A stretch of DNA of 64,000 nucleotides from an uncultured Chloroflexia bacterium. Lineage in GTDB: Bacteria; Chloroflexota; Limnocylindria; Limnocylindrales; CSP1-4. The DNA lies in contig CAVQJC010000007.1 in NCBI GenBank assembly GCA_963712745.1, positions 1 through 64,000 of the forward strand, given 5' to 3'. A program made the translations under genes and the position numbers. Below the pieces are notes generated by a model. That model made no database searches, was not told where the DNA came from, and saw only the letters and a program-made list of their open reading frames with translations. Below, in pieces: positions 19,064-29,048 of the stretch. Within the stretch, counting starts at the first letter, position 1; every line of letters starts with the position of its first letter.

Positions 19064-19477
19064 TTGGAGCTGCGTGACACACCGGGCCTGCCCGACCCGA
19101 CCATCCAGCCACCGGTCGTGGCCGAGGTCGGAGATCCGTTCGCAGCGCTGCGCGTGGTACACCTGCTGGCGCGTATGCCCCGCGGCACAGCCGTGCGCGT
19201 GCGTGCCATCGTCGACCGGCTCGACGCCGACTACCTGGACTGGTCCTTCTCGCCCGACGTGGTCATCGCGGTCGCGCTGCAACTGCAGGCCAACTGGCTG
19301 GCCGACTACCGCAACAGCGACGGCATCGTGCTCCGCGACGGCCTCGCCGGACCGGAGCTGACCATCGAGGACAGCTCGCGCGTCGACCCCTGGATCGTGC
19401 GCCAGGCGGAGCGACTGGCCGGGGCCTGCGACGAGCGGCTGCGTGCATTCGCCGTGGAGGAGGGCGGCCTGGCCTGA
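19064..19477 (+). CDS. Hypothetical protein
   Basis: 137 aa globular-looking ORF, GAGGA RBS. Confidence 0.65.
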   Translation: MELRDTPGLPDPTIQPPVVAEVGDPFAALRVVHLLARMPRGTAVRVRAIVDRLDADYLDWSFSPDVVIAVALQLQANWLADYRNSDGIVLRDGLAGPELTIEDSSRVDPWIVRQAERLAGACDERLRAFAVEEGGLA

Positions 19478-19499
19478 GCGTCTGCCGCCAGCGCTGTCA

Positions 19500-20555
19500 T
19501 CAGCGGTGTGCTCGGTAGACCTCCTCGAGCACGGCGATGGCCGCCGCTGACGAGACGCCCCAGACGTTGGTCAGGAAGGCGAAGGCGAAGCCTCGTTCAG
19601 GATCGATCCACAAGCGTGAGCCCGACCGTCCTCCGTGGGTCAGGACGGTGTCACCATCGGGCCATCCGCCGCCGGACTTGCGCCAGCCGAGGCCCTGCTG
19701 CAGGTACGAGATGCTGCCGTCCTCGGCGATGTGCGGGATGCCGTCGATCTGCTGCTCGGCCATGGCCCTCACCGAGGAGCGGGAGAGCAAGGCCGACCCC
19801 AGGACGGCATGGCCCAGGCGAAGCAGATCGGGGACGGTCCCAAAGAGGCCGCCGCCGGGCAGGCTCACTCGCGCCAGGAACCAGAGCAGCACTTCCGCCA
19901 CCAGGCGGTTGCCGGCATCGACCCCGTCCACGGCCACGACCCGCCTGCGCGATCCCCGCGCATCGAACGTCGTGTCGAACATCCCCAGTGGTTCGAGCAG
20001 GCGTTGGGTCAGCACGGCCGGCCAGCTGGAGCTCGAGAGGCGGGCCATCGTCTCCGAGAGCAGGCACCACGCGGACGAGTTGTACTCGTAACGTGTGCCC
20101 GGCTCCCAGCGCGGGGCCGTAGTGAGCGTCTCGGCCAGCACCTGGCGGTATCTCGGCCGCTCGGAGCGGAGCCGTTCGACGGGCATGTCCGGCAGGCCCG
20201 AGGTGTGCGTCAGCACGTGCCACGCGGTCACGGCCGCTCGCTCGTCCCCGGCGAACTCGGGAACGTAGCGCGATAGCGGTGCCCGCAGGTCGAGCCGGCC
20301 CTCGTCAACGTATTGCATGATGGCGGTGGCCACCACGCCCTTCGTCACCGACGCCATGAAGAAGACCGAATCGTCGTGCACATCGGCACGCTCACTGCTG
20401 ACGGCGAAGACCTGGCTGCGGCCGGCCTCGTCGACGACCCCGAAGACGATGCAGGGCAGCGTGCCGTCGGCCACGAAGCGGGTGGCCACGTCGAGCGCGT
20501 CCTCGAGGTCCCAGTCGAGATCGGCGGAACTGGGCGACTGGGCAGGAGAGGTCAT
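19500..20555 (-). CDS. Serine hydrolase, beta-lactamase family
   Basis: SxxK (ASVTK), LTHTSGL, YEYNS, HGG. Confidence 0.9.
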   Translation of the reverse strand: MTSPAQSPSSADLDWDLEDALDVATRFVADGTLPCIVFGVVDEAGRSQVFAVSSERADVHDDSVFFMASVTKGVVATAIMQYVDEGRLDLRAPLSRYVPEFAGDERAAVTAWHVLTHTSGLPDMPVERLRSERPRYRQVLAETLTTAPRWEPGTRYEYNSSAWCLLSETMARLSSSSWPAVLTQRLLEPLGMFDTTFDARGSRRRVVAVDGVDAGNRLVAEVLLWFLARVSLPGGGLFGTVPDLLRLGHAVLGSALLSRSSVRAMAEQQIDGIPHIAEDGSISYLQQGLGWRKSGGGWPDGDTVLTHGGRSGSRLWIDPERGFAFAFLTNVWGVSSAAAIAVLEEVYRAHR

Positions 20556-20563
20556 CTGCGCCG

Positions 20564-20908
20564 ATGATAGGGCGCGTGACACGAGACGAGTACATCGCCG
20601 CCGCACGCGGCCTCATCGCCGAGGGCGAGCGGCTGGTCGCCCACCCCTCGATGGCTGCCCTGCGCACCTGGATCGCCGGCTCCGACGAGTTGCTGCGCAA
20701 CGCCTGGGGCTCGATGGACCGCTATCACCTCTCGTGGCTGATGGTAGGGCGACCGACCGATGCCATCCGCGGGCGGGCCATGACCTCGGACGAGGAGTCC
20801 GAGTACGTGCGAGAAGTGGCCGCGGCCAAGACCGCGGCTCTGCGCATGAGCCTCAAGGCCGTCGAGGAGGACGGCATGCCCTTCCTGGGGGAAGCCGCCG
20901 GCTCGTAG
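20564..20908 (+). CDS. Hypothetical protein
   Basis: 114 aa, high GC3; start could be GTG 20576. Confidence 0.6.
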   Translation: MIGRVTRDEYIAAARGLIAEGERLVAHPSMAALRTWIAGSDELLRNAWGSMDRYHLSWLMVGRPTDAIRGRAMTSDEESEYVREVAAAKTAALRMSLKAVEEDGMPFLGEAAGS

Positions 20909-20932
20909 CGCCTCCGCCTGGGCAGGGCCCGG

Positions 20933-21406
20933 TCAGCTGCGCGGGCGGGCACCGTAGAGGGCGGCGATGACGTAGAGCACCAGGCCGGCCATCTCCAGCG
21001 GTCCGAACTGCGGGCTCAGCCAGTCAAGGAACGGCGTGGTCTCGACGCGCTCGAAGAACGGGCGAGACGAGTCGGGCAGGATGGCCATGGCCAGCAGCCA
21101 GGTGAGCAGCAGCCCGAGCAGCCAGGCGCCAGCCGCGATGAGGGCCGCCAGGATTGGGGACGCGCGCACCTGCCAGAGCAGCAGGCCGATGGCCCAGCCG
21201 CCCGCCACCGCCACCGCCAGCACGCCGGGAAACTCGAGGATGCCCTTGAGCAGGGCCCACGCCATCGCCGCAGCCAGCGCCACCAACAGGGCCTCGGCGA
21301 TGGCCATGGCCCGAGAACGCGGCCGCAGTCGGTCCCCAAGGCTGGGCTGGCGTACCGCTGAAGGCACGACTGTCGAGGCGGGGCGTCGGTCACCCGGTTC
21401 GGCCAT
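20933..21406 (-). CDS. Hypothetical membrane protein
   Basis: Four hydrophobic segments; ATG 7 nt after TAGAGT. Confidence 0.65.
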   Translation of the reverse strand: MAEPGDRRPASTVVPSAVRQPSLGDRLRPRSRAMAIAEALLVALAAAMAWALLKGILEFPGVLAVAVAGGWAIGLLLWQVRASPILAALIAAGAWLLGLLLTWLLAMAILPDSSRPFFERVETTPFLDWLSPQFGPLEMAGLVLYVIAALYGARPRS

Positions 21407-21461
21407 GGCCACAACTCTAGCCGTGCACCACACGACGAGGTCGCTAGACTGATGCACGCTC

Positions 21462-21962
21462 ATGCCACATCCAGCCCTTGGACTGCCGCCCGCCGACGCC
21501 ACCGCCGGCCGCCCCGACGTGGCCGCGAGACTGCGTGCCGCCGGTCGCCTCCCGGCCCTGGCCCTGGCTACCGCCTTCCGCCTCGACGAGACGCTGCCGC
21601 AGCGCCATGACGAACTCATGCAGCGCCGGTTCCTGCGCGACTACGAGCGCCATATCGAACAGCTGGCGCGCGCGGTCGAGACCGCTGAGGACCGTTTCGT
21701 GGTGACCTACGGTGAGACGCTGGTGCCCATCTACCGTCGGCGCGGCGTGCGCATGAACGACGTCGTCACCCTGCTGCTCGGGCTGCAGGAGGTCGCGGTG
21801 GCGCAGGGTCCGGCGGCCGATGCCCGGCTCGTGCGTGAGCCGATGGGGGCGTGGGTCGAGCGCATGCGCCACCACCGCCGCCTGGCCGGCGACCACGAGG
21901 GCAACAAGGCCGTCCGCTTCGTCTGGAAGGGCGCCGGATTCGGCGACGACTCGGTCGTCTGA
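21462..21962 (+). CDS. Hypothetical protein
   Basis: 166 aa helical-looking ORF; TGATG overlap with the next gene. Confidence 0.65.
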   Translation: MPHPALGLPPADATAGRPDVAARLRAAGRLPALALATAFRLDETLPQRHDELMQRRFLRDYERHIEQLARAVETAEDRFVVTYGETLVPIYRRRGVRMNDVVTLLLGLQEVAVAQGPAADARLVREPMGAWVERMRHHRRLAGDHEGNKAVRFVWKGAGFGDDSVV

Positions 21963-22252
21963 TGACCATCAAGTGGGTCAAGTCGGACCCGTTGGTGATG
22001 AACGGCGAGCCCTTCTGCTACGGCACGCGCCTGACCGTGCGCAACCTGCTCGAGATGCGCAGCAAGGGGCTGACTCCGGCCGAGATGATGGGCCAGCATC
22101 CCGAGCTCAAGCGCGTCGGCATCGCCGAGGCCTTCCGCTACGCCGCCGACCATCGCGAGCGCTACCAGAGCTTCTTCGAGACCGACGGCTCGCTCAAGGG
22201 CCCGGGGTTCGACGCGGAGACGGCCGAGACCCTGCCCGAGTACCTGCGCTAG
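21962..22252 (+). CDS. DUF433 domain protein (VapB45-like antitoxin fold)
   Basis: [24 protein letters not shown]...HPEL...IAEAFRYA matches the DUF433 pattern. Confidence 0.8.
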   Translation: MTIKWVKSDPLVMNGEPFCYGTRLTVRNLLEMRSKGLTPAEMMGQHPELKRVGIAEAFRYAADHRERYQSFFETDGSLKGPGFDAETAETLPEYLR

Positions 22253-22272
22253 GCGCCGGGCGAGGCCGCGTC

Positions 22273-23421
22273 ATGAGCAAGACGATCGGCATCCTCACCG
22301 CCGGCGGTGACAGCCCCGGCCTCAACGCCGCCATCCGGGGCGTGGGCAAGACCGCCATCGGCAGCTATGACATGCACGTCATCGGCTTCCGCGACGGCTT
22401 CCGCGGGCTGATGGAGAACCGGGTGGTGGCGCTCGACAAGGCCCAGCTCTCGGGCATCCTGACCATCGGCGGCACGATCCTCGGCACCAGCCGGGACAAG
22501 CCCCACCGCATGGCCGTCGGCCAGCAGGTGCTGGACATGACCGACGCCATCGTCCAGAACTACCACGACCACAACCTCGACGCGCTTGTCTGCCTCGGTG
22601 GCGGAGGGACCCAGAAGAACGCCTTTCGGCTGGCCAAAGCGGGGCTCGACGTGGTGACCCTGCCCAAGACCATCGACAACGACGTCTTTGGCACCGACGT
22701 GACGTTCGGCTTCGACACCGCCCTGGGCATCGCCACCGAGGCCATCGACCGCTTGCACAGCACCGCCCACAGCCATCACCGCATCATCGTGGTCGAGGTC
22801 ATGGGCCACAACACCGGCTGGCTGGCGCTCGGCGCCGGCATCGCCGGCGGCGCCGACGTCATCCTCATCCCCGAGATTCCCTACGACATCGACGCGGTCG
22901 CCGAGGCTATCCGCCAGCGGCACCGCAAGGGCGCCTCGTTCAGCATCATCGCCGTCTCCGAGGGGGCGGTGCCACGCGACCGGGCAGCCGCCCTGCAGGC
23001 TGCGGAGGAGGCGCTGGCCCGGGCCAAGCGGAGCAAGAAGGCGGGGCGGGGCAGCGAGAAGGCCATCAAGGATGCGCGGGCCACCGTCAGCGACATCCAC
23101 GGCCACCTGGGCAGTGACACGCTGGCTCTTTCCGAGGAGCTTGAGCGGCGGACGAATCTCGAGTCACGCGTGACCATCCTGGGACACCTCCAGCGTGGCG
23201 GCACACCCTCTGCTGCCGACCGTTTGCTGGCCACACGGCTCGGTGCCGCGTGCGCTCGTTTCATCGAGGAGGGCCGCTTCGGCGTGATGATCGCGGCCCG
23301 CGGCGAGGAGGCCGTGGCCGTACCGCTGGAGGAGGTGGTGGGCAAGCGCAAGACGGTGCCGCTCGATCATGCCTGGATCGAGACCGTCCGCGCCATCGGG
23401 GTATCGCTGGGCGACGCCTGA
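22273..23421 (+). CDS. pfkA: 6-phosphofructokinase (PfkA family)
   Basis: [42 protein letters not shown]. Confidence 0.95.
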   Translation: MSKTIGILTAGGDSPGLNAAIRGVGKTAIGSYDMHVIGFRDGFRGLMENRVVALDKAQLSGILTIGGTILGTSRDKPHRMAVGQQVLDMTDAIVQNYHDHNLDALVCLGGGGTQKNAFRLAKAGLDVVTLPKTIDNDVFGTDVTFGFDTALGIATEAIDRLHSTAHSHHRIIVVEVMGHNTGWLALGAGIAGGADVILIPEIPYDIDAVAEAIRQRHRKGASFSIIAVSEGAVPRDRAAALQAAEEALARAKRSKKAGRGSEKAIKDARATVSDIHGHLGSDTLALSEELERRTNLESRVTILGHLQRGGTPSAADRLLATRLGAACARFIEEGRFGVMIAARGEEAVAVPLEEVVGKRKTVPLDHAWIETVRAIGVSLGDA

Positions 23422-23461
23422 TCCGTGGCCTCCGGCGACGGTCGAGAAGCGTGAAACTGCT

Positions 23462-23522
23462 TTGCCCTGCGGCGCTGACACTCGTATGATTGTGCCTGCG
23501 CCGTTAGCCGGCGCAGGCACAA
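23462..23522 (+). promoter_or_regulatory. Promoter of the sugar ABC operon with overlapping 14-bp inverted repeat
   Basis: TTGCCC (23462), 17 nt, TATGAT (23485); TTGTGCCTGCGCCG-TTAGC-CGGCGCAGGCACAA at 23490-23522. Confidence 0.6.
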
Positions 23523-23543
23523 GAGAATACGGAGGAGGACGTT

Positions 23544-24887
23544 ATGCGTAGATCCAGACTGCTGGTGGCCGCGGCCGCAGCGGCCCTGATGGTAGTACCT
23601 CTGGGAGCCAGCGCTCAGGATGAAGTCGACGTCTCAGGCACGTCGTTCACGCTCTTCGGCGCACCGACCGGCGTGGAGGGCGACGCCATCGACGGCTACC
23701 TCGACGTCTACAACGCCGAGAAGGGCACGGACATCGCATACACCGGTACCGATGACTTCGAGGCGCAGCTGCGCATCCAGGTCGACGGCGGCAACCCTCC
23801 GGCGGTCGCCTTCGCTCCGCAGCCGAGCTCGATCTGTGAGTTTGCGGCTACAGGGCAACTCGCGTCACTGGAGGACATGGGCTTCGACATCGCGGAGATG
23901 TCGGCCAACCGCTCCGCGAACCTGGTGGAGCTGGGGCTTTGCGAAGACGGGAAGCACTACGGCATCCCGTGGTTCCCGAACTTCAAGTCCATCATCTTCT
24001 ATCACAAGCCGACCTTCGAGGAGAAGGGCTACGCGATCCCCGAGACCTACGACGACCTGGTTGCGCTGTCCGAACAGATCGTGGCGGATGGCATGACGCC
24101 GTGGTGCTTTGGCTTCGAGAACGCGAGTGCGACCGGCTGGCCGGGCACCGACTGGATCGAGGACATCGTGCTGCGCGAGGCCGGCCCTGAGGTGTACCAG
24201 GCCTGGTGGAAGCACGAGATCCCCTTCAACGACCCGCAGATCGTCCAGGCGTTCGACACGTTCGGCCAGATCGTGTTCGGCGAGGGGTTCGTGCTCGGCG
24301 GCCCCGAGAACATCTCGAGCATCAACTTCCAGGACTCACCGGGCCCGCTGTTCAACGACCCGCCTGGCTGCCTCATGCTCAAGCAGGGCTCGTTCATCGC
24401 CAACTTCTTCTCGCAGGCCCCAGGCTATGAAGCGGGCGAGGAGTCGGAGATCGCCGTCTTCCCGTTCCCGGACATCAACGGCAACAGCGGTGCGCTCGGT
24501 GGCGGCGACACCATCCTGGTGTTCGATCCCTCGCCCGAGAACATCCAGATCGTGAAGGACTGGCTCACCCCTGACTGGATGTGCACACTGGCCTCGGCCT
24601 CGGGTGGCGGGGTTGCCCCGTACGGCGGCCATGGCGTGGCCGGCGTCGAGCGGCTACCGGGTCACAAGGATGTCGACCCGAACTGCTACGAGACCGAGAA
24701 TGCCAAGATCTTCGCTGAGGTCGTGGCCGACGCGCTCGGAGCTAACACCTTCGCGTACGACGGCGGTGACCTGATGCCATCGGCGGTGGGACAGGGCACC
24801 TTCTGGACCGGCATGGTCGACTTCACCCAGGGCAAGTCAGCCCAGGAAGTGACTGACACCATCGAGGCCAACTGGCCGACCGAGTAA
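23544..24887 (+). CDS. Sugar ABC transporter substrate-binding protein (AglE alpha-glucoside-like)
   Basis: Signal peptide; TPWCFGFE, ATGWPGTDWIED, DLMPSAVG motifs. Confidence 0.88.
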   Translation: MRRSRLLVAAAAAALMVVPLGASAQDEVDVSGTSFTLFGAPTGVEGDAIDGYLDVYNAEKGTDIAYTGTDDFEAQLRIQVDGGNPPAVAFAPQPSSICEFAATGQLASLEDMGFDIAEMSANRSANLVELGLCEDGKHYGIPWFPNFKSIIFYHKPTFEEKGYAIPETYDDLVALSEQIVADGMTPWCFGFENASATGWPGTDWIEDIVLREAGPEVYQAWWKHEIPFNDPQIVQAFDTFGQIVFGEGFVLGGPENISSINFQDSPGPLFNDPPGCLMLKQGSFIANFFSQAPGYEAGEESEIAVFPFPDINGNSGALGGGDTILVFDPSPENIQIVKDWLTPDWMCTLASASGGGVAPYGGHGVAGVERLPGHKDVDPNCYETENAKIFAEVVADALGANTFAYDGGDLMPSAVGQGTFWTGMVDFTQGKSAQEVTDTIEANWPTE

Positions 24888-24906
24888 TCGTCAGTAGCTT
24901 GGGTCT

Positions 24907-24934
24907 GGCGGGCGGCGCATGAGTGCCGCCCGCC
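24907..24934 (+). terminator. Intercistronic hairpin after the SBP gene (mRNA stabiliser or partial terminator)
   Basis: GGCGGGCGGCGC-ATGA-GTGCCGCCCGCC. Confidence 0.55.
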
Positions 24935-24983
24935 CGCCCGCCCCCCAACGCACTCGTGTGACCCGTAGCGGAATGGGAGGGAG

Positions 24984-26123
24984 ATGACCGCACCACTGTC
25001 GAGCCCTGATTACGACACCACGAGTGAAGGGCTCGATCCAACGAGTCCAGCAAGGCGGCGGTTCGTCAAGGCCGTGACAGTCCTGGCGATCCCCACCATC
25101 CTCGTGGTCTTCGTCCTGGCGGTGCAGCTGTCCAAGGACGAGGGCATCCCCAAGTTCCTTCAGGTCGCGGTGGCGCTCGTCCTGGGCATCCTGGGCGTGT
25201 GGGCCCTCTTCTGGGCCATGGACCGCACAGTCGGCCTGTTCTCACAGAAGTGGGCGGCGAGGTTGCGGCCGTGGGTGTTCGTGGGCCCGGCCATCTTCGC
25301 CCTCGGCGCCTTCCTGGTCTACCCGGCCATCAACACCACGGTCATCTCGTTCCTCGACAACGGCGGCAAGGCGTTCGTCGGCCTGGACAACTACGTGACG
25401 ATCTTCACCGAGCAGCAGTACCTGACCGGCATCCTCAACAGCATCCTGTGGGTCCTGGTCGTTCCGCTGCTGTCCGTGGTCATCGGCCTCGGCTACGCGA
25501 CGCTCGCCGACAAGCTGTCGCGTCGAACCGAGACCGTGGCCAAGTCCCTGATCTTCCTGCCCATGGCCATCTCGTTCGTCGGGGCCAGCGTCGTGTGGGC
25601 CTTCGTGTACTACTACCGGGTCGCCGGCTTTGGCGAACAGATCGGTCTGTTCAACGGCATCCTCGTGGCATTGGGCCTCGAGCCGGTTAACTGGATCACC
25701 CAGCAGCCGTGGAACAACGGCCTCCTGATGTGGATCCTCATCTGGCTTCAGGTCGGCTTCTCCATGGTCATCCTTTCCTCGGCCATCAAGGGCGTGCCCG
25801 CAGACCTGCAGGAGGCCGCGCGCATCGATGGCGCGAACGAGTGGCAGACGTTCCGCAGGATCACCATCCCGGTCATCGCCTCCACCATCGTGGTGGTGTG
25901 GACCACGGTCGCGATCACGACCTGGAAGGTCTTCGATATCGTGAAGGTGATGACAGGCGGGCGCAACGGCACCCAGGTCATCGCGCAGCAGATGGTGCAG
26001 GAGTTCTTTGACTTCGGCAGGGACGGCATCGGCGCCGCTCTCGCCGTCATCCTGTTCATCGCCGTCATCCCCATCCTCGTGGTGAACATCCGCCGCTTCC
26101 AGGCGCAGGAGGAGATGCGGTGA
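24984..26123 (+). CDS. Sugar ABC transporter permease (AglF-like)
   Basis: PMAISFVGASVVW; EAARIDGA EAA motif. Confidence 0.92.
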   Translation: MTAPLSSPDYDTTSEGLDPTSPARRRFVKAVTVLAIPTILVVFVLAVQLSKDEGIPKFLQVAVALVLGILGVWALFWAMDRTVGLFSQKWAARLRPWVFVGPAIFALGAFLVYPAINTTVISFLDNGGKAFVGLDNYVTIFTEQQYLTGILNSILWVLVVPLLSVVIGLGYATLADKLSRRTETVAKSLIFLPMAISFVGASVVWAFVYYYRVAGFGEQIGLFNGILVALGLEPVNWITQQPWNNGLLMWILIWLQVGFSMVILSSAIKGVPADLQEAARIDGANEWQTFRRITIPVIASTIVVVWTTVAITTWKVFDIVKVMTGGRNGTQVIAQQMVQEFFDFGRDGIGAALAVILFIAVIPILVVNIRRFQAQEEMR

Positions 26124-26998
26124 GCGCGATGAACAGCGAGCCAGTCCCGGGCCAGGGCCGGATGCCTCGAAAGGCGCTGGTCTACGCGGCCATCTCGATC
26201 ATCACCATCGTGTGGGTGCTGCCCACGCTTGGCCTGCTCATCAACTCCTTCCGCACTCCGCAGGCCATCCGCACATCGGGCTGGTGGACGATCCTCGGAG
26301 AGGTCCTTGATCCCTCGACGTGGACGCTGCAGAACTACCAGACCGTTCTGGACGAGGGCTTCGGCAACGCCTTCCTCAACACGCTGGCAGTGACCGTCCC
26401 GGCGGTCGTCATCCCGCTGACCATCGCGGCCTTCGCAGCCTATGCGTTCGCATGGATGAACTTCCCGGGCCGCAACCTCCTCTTCCTGGTCGTGGTGGGC
26501 CTCATGGTCGTGCCGCTGCAGATGGCGCTGATCCCCATCTTGCGGATGTACACAGCGCTCGACCTGACCGGCACGTTCCCGGCTATCTGGCTGGCACACA
26601 CCGGATTCGGCCTGCCGCTGGCGGTGTACCTGCTACGTAACTACATGGGATCCTTGCCCTCGGAGATCATGGAATTGGCCCGGGTCGATGGCGCCAACCA
26701 CTGGCTCATCTTCACCAGGATCATCCTGCCGCTGTCGGTGCCGGTGCTGGCCTCCTTCGCCATCTTCCAGTTCCTGTGGGTCTGGAACGACTACCTGGTG
26801 GCCCTGGTCTTCCTCGGTATCGACCCCGACAAGCGCGTGCTCAACGTCGAGCTGGCCGACCTCGCCGGACGTGGCGAGGGTGCGCTGAACCTGCTACCTG
26901 CAGCCGCGTTCGTGACCATGCTGCTGCCACTGGCGGTCTTCTTCGGCCTGCAGCGCTACTTCGTGCGCGGCCTGACGGCCGGGTCGGTCAAGGGCTAG
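26120..26998 (+). CDS. Sugar ABC transporter permease (AglG-like)
   Basis: ELARVDGA, FQFLWVWND, QRYFVRGLTAGSVKG. Confidence 0.92.
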   Translation: MSAMNSEPVPGQGRMPRKALVYAAISIITIVWVLPTLGLLINSFRTPQAIRTSGWWTILGEVLDPSTWTLQNYQTVLDEGFGNAFLNTLAVTVPAVVIPLTIAAFAAYAFAWMNFPGRNLLFLVVVGLMVVPLQMALIPILRMYTALDLTGTFPAIWLAHTGFGLPLAVYLLRNYMGSLPSEIMELARVDGANHWLIFTRIILPLSVPVLASFAIFQFLWVWNDYLVALVFLGIDPDKRVLNVELADLAGRGEGALNLLPAAAFVTMLLPLAVFFGLQRYFVRGLTAGSVKG

Positions 26999-27121
26999 GC
27001 ATCGCGTCTCGGACAGGGATAGCGCCTCGCGCGGCCGCTGCCTTCGAAGGCTCGTCCGCGCGGGTAGCGCCATCGATCTGTCATCGGCCCCTCGAGACCT
27101 CCGGTGTACGATGGCGCGACC

Positions 27122-27481
27122 ATGCCTGACCCGACCATCACCAACGACGCCATCGGCCCCACCATCGCAGCCTCCGACGATGCCGCGCCGGCCTTCGACC
27201 CGGTGCAGCGCTCGCGAGAGCTGGCCGTGCTCGACGCCCTCCGCTCCGTAGTCGACCCGGAGATCGGCATGAACGTGGTCGAGCTGGCCCTCATCAAGCA
27301 GGTCATCCTCGGGGACGAGTCGACCGAGATCAAGATGATCCTGACCACGCCCTTCTGTCCGTACGCCGGTTCCATGATCCAGCAGGTCAAGGAGGCAGCC
27401 GAGGAAGCGGAGGGGCATGAGGTCAAGGTCACCCTCCTGGCCGAACGCTGGGATCCTCGCGACGCGGGCCTGACCTGGTAG
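27122..27481 (+). CDS. DUF59/SufT-like Fe-S assembly protein
   Basis: VVDPEIGMNVVELAL, LTTPFCPY motif. Confidence 0.88.
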   Translation: MPDPTITNDAIGPTIAASDDAAPAFDPVQRSRELAVLDALRSVVDPEIGMNVVELALIKQVILGDESTEIKMILTTPFCPYAGSMIQQVKEAAEEAEGHEVKVTLLAERWDPRDAGLTW

Positions 27482-27503
27482 AGACCGCCGCGAGCCCAGT
27501 CAC

Positions 27504-28136
27504 ATGAGCCCCTCGGAAGCCCGCGCTCGGCGCGAGGCCATCGCCGACAGTGCCGTCGCTACGGGCAAGGGCGACGACGGCACCACCGGACTGCTTTACG
27601 GGGGCCGAATCGCCAAGGACGACGCGCGGGCGGAGGCCTACGGCACCATCGACGAGGCCGTCTCCGCGCTGGGGCTGGCCCGTGCCGAGATCGCCACCAT
27701 GGCCCGGGCTGGAGCGCTGGCCGCACCGCTGGCCGAGATGGGACGGACCCTGCTCCACCTCCAGCGCGACCTATTCGTGGCCGGCGCGGAGCTGGCCACG
27801 AACCCGGATGCCTGGGACCGGCTGCGCGACGGTGAGACCAGGGTCGACGAGGACATGCTCACGGCGCTCGAGAAGCTGCTGCGGAGCACCGAGGCACAGG
27901 TCGAGATGCCGCGGGAGTTCGTGGTGCCCGGCTCGGACCGGCTGTCGGCAGCACTCGAGCTGGCGCGGACCGTGGTGCGCCGGGCGGAGCGCCGGGTCAT
28001 CGCTCTGGACCACGAGCGCCTGGTGCCCGGCGCCTGGCTGATGCCCTACCTCAACCGTCTCGCCGACCTGCTGTGGGTGCTTGCGCGCCTGGCCGAGCAG
28101 AACGGCGAGGGCGACACCACCAGGGTCCGCACCTAG
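27504..28136 (+). CDS. PduO-type ATP:cob(I)alamin adenosyltransferase
   Basis: GKGDDGTTGL, AYGTIDE, ARTVVRRAER, YLNRLADLLWVLAR. Confidence 0.9.
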   Translation: MSPSEARARREAIADSAVATGKGDDGTTGLLYGGRIAKDDARAEAYGTIDEAVSALGLARAEIATMARAGALAAPLAEMGRTLLHLQRDLFVAGAELATNPDAWDRLRDGETRVDEDMLTALEKLLRSTEAQVEMPREFVVPGSDRLSAALELARTVVRRAERRVIALDHERLVPGAWLMPYLNRLADLLWVLARLAEQNGEGDTTRVRT

Positions 28137-28215
28137 GCCTCTTCCTCGGCGCTCGCTAGAATTACTGCGCATGTGCCCGATGGCTCGGGCACCCTCTCGA
28201 AAGGAAACGACGCTC

Positions 28216-29004
28216 GTGCACCCCTCTGACAGCGATCCCGTCAACCGCTCCCAGGCGCCGACCACCATGTCGGAGCGCGACAAGACCATCCAGACGCTCG
28301 GCGGCGTCATCGAGTCGAGCGCGCCACGCGAAGGCTTCCTGACCGGCAGCTTCGTGTGGATGTTCGTAGGTGTCGTGCTCTCTGCCATCTCGGCGCTCTT
28401 CGTGATGACCAACGAGAGCCTGCTGGCGACGGTCACGGACTACTGGCTCCTGCTGCTCATCGGCCAGCTGGGCGTGGTCTTCGGCATCACCTTCCTCATC
28501 AACCGTATCTCGTCGGTCGTCGCACTCGGCCTGTTCTTCGTCTACGCCCTGCTCATGGGCCTGGTCCTCGGTGTCATCGTCTTCAACTTCACCTACGACC
28601 CGACCGCTCCGGGCAACGTCTCCGCCAGCGGCATGGGCGGCGTGGTCTCGGCCTTCCTCGGCGCGGCGGCCATCTTCGGCGGGGCGGCCGTCTACGGCTA
28701 CGCCACCAAGCGCGACCTGACCAGCCTCGGCGGCATCCTCTTCATGGGCCTGATCGGGCTCATCGTGGTCATGATCGTGCAGCTGTTCTTCTTCGCCGAG
28801 AGCAGCCTCATGAACCTCGCCATCGGTGTCATCGGCGTCATCATCTTCACCGGCCTCACCGCCTGGGACGTGCAGCGGCTGAAGAACGGCGCCATGCCCA
28901 ACATCAACAAGGACTCGGCCACCGTCATGGGCGCGCTGATGCTCTACCTCGACTTCATCAACCTGTTCCTGTTCATGCTCAGGATCTTCGGCAGCAGCCG
29001 CTGA
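28216..29004 (+). CDS. Bax inhibitor-1/YccA family membrane protein
   Basis: TKRDLTSLG, IFTGLTAWDVQRLK, ALMLYLDFINLFLFMLRIFG. Confidence 0.9.
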   Translation: MHPSDSDPVNRSQAPTTMSERDKTIQTLGGVIESSAPREGFLTGSFVWMFVGVVLSAISALFVMTNESLLATVTDYWLLLLIGQLGVVFGITFLINRISSVVALGLFFVYALLMGLVLGVIVFNFTYDPTAPGNVSASGMGGVVSAFLGAAAIFGGAAVYGYATKRDLTSLGGILFMGLIGLIVVMIVQLFFFAESSLMNLAIGVIGVIIFTGLTAWDVQRLKNGAMPNINKDSATVMGALMLYLDFINLFLFMLRIFGSSR

Positions 29005-29048
29005 CCAACGGCCGCACCGGCCGGCGTCGGCCACGGCCGGGACCTGAC

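Noticed and set aside
16954-19209. Long antisense or alternate-frame ORFs (also 9376-11154, 51474-53492, 56495-59035)
   Set aside because: Shadow ORFs of real genes, expected at about 70% GC, with no protein motifs.
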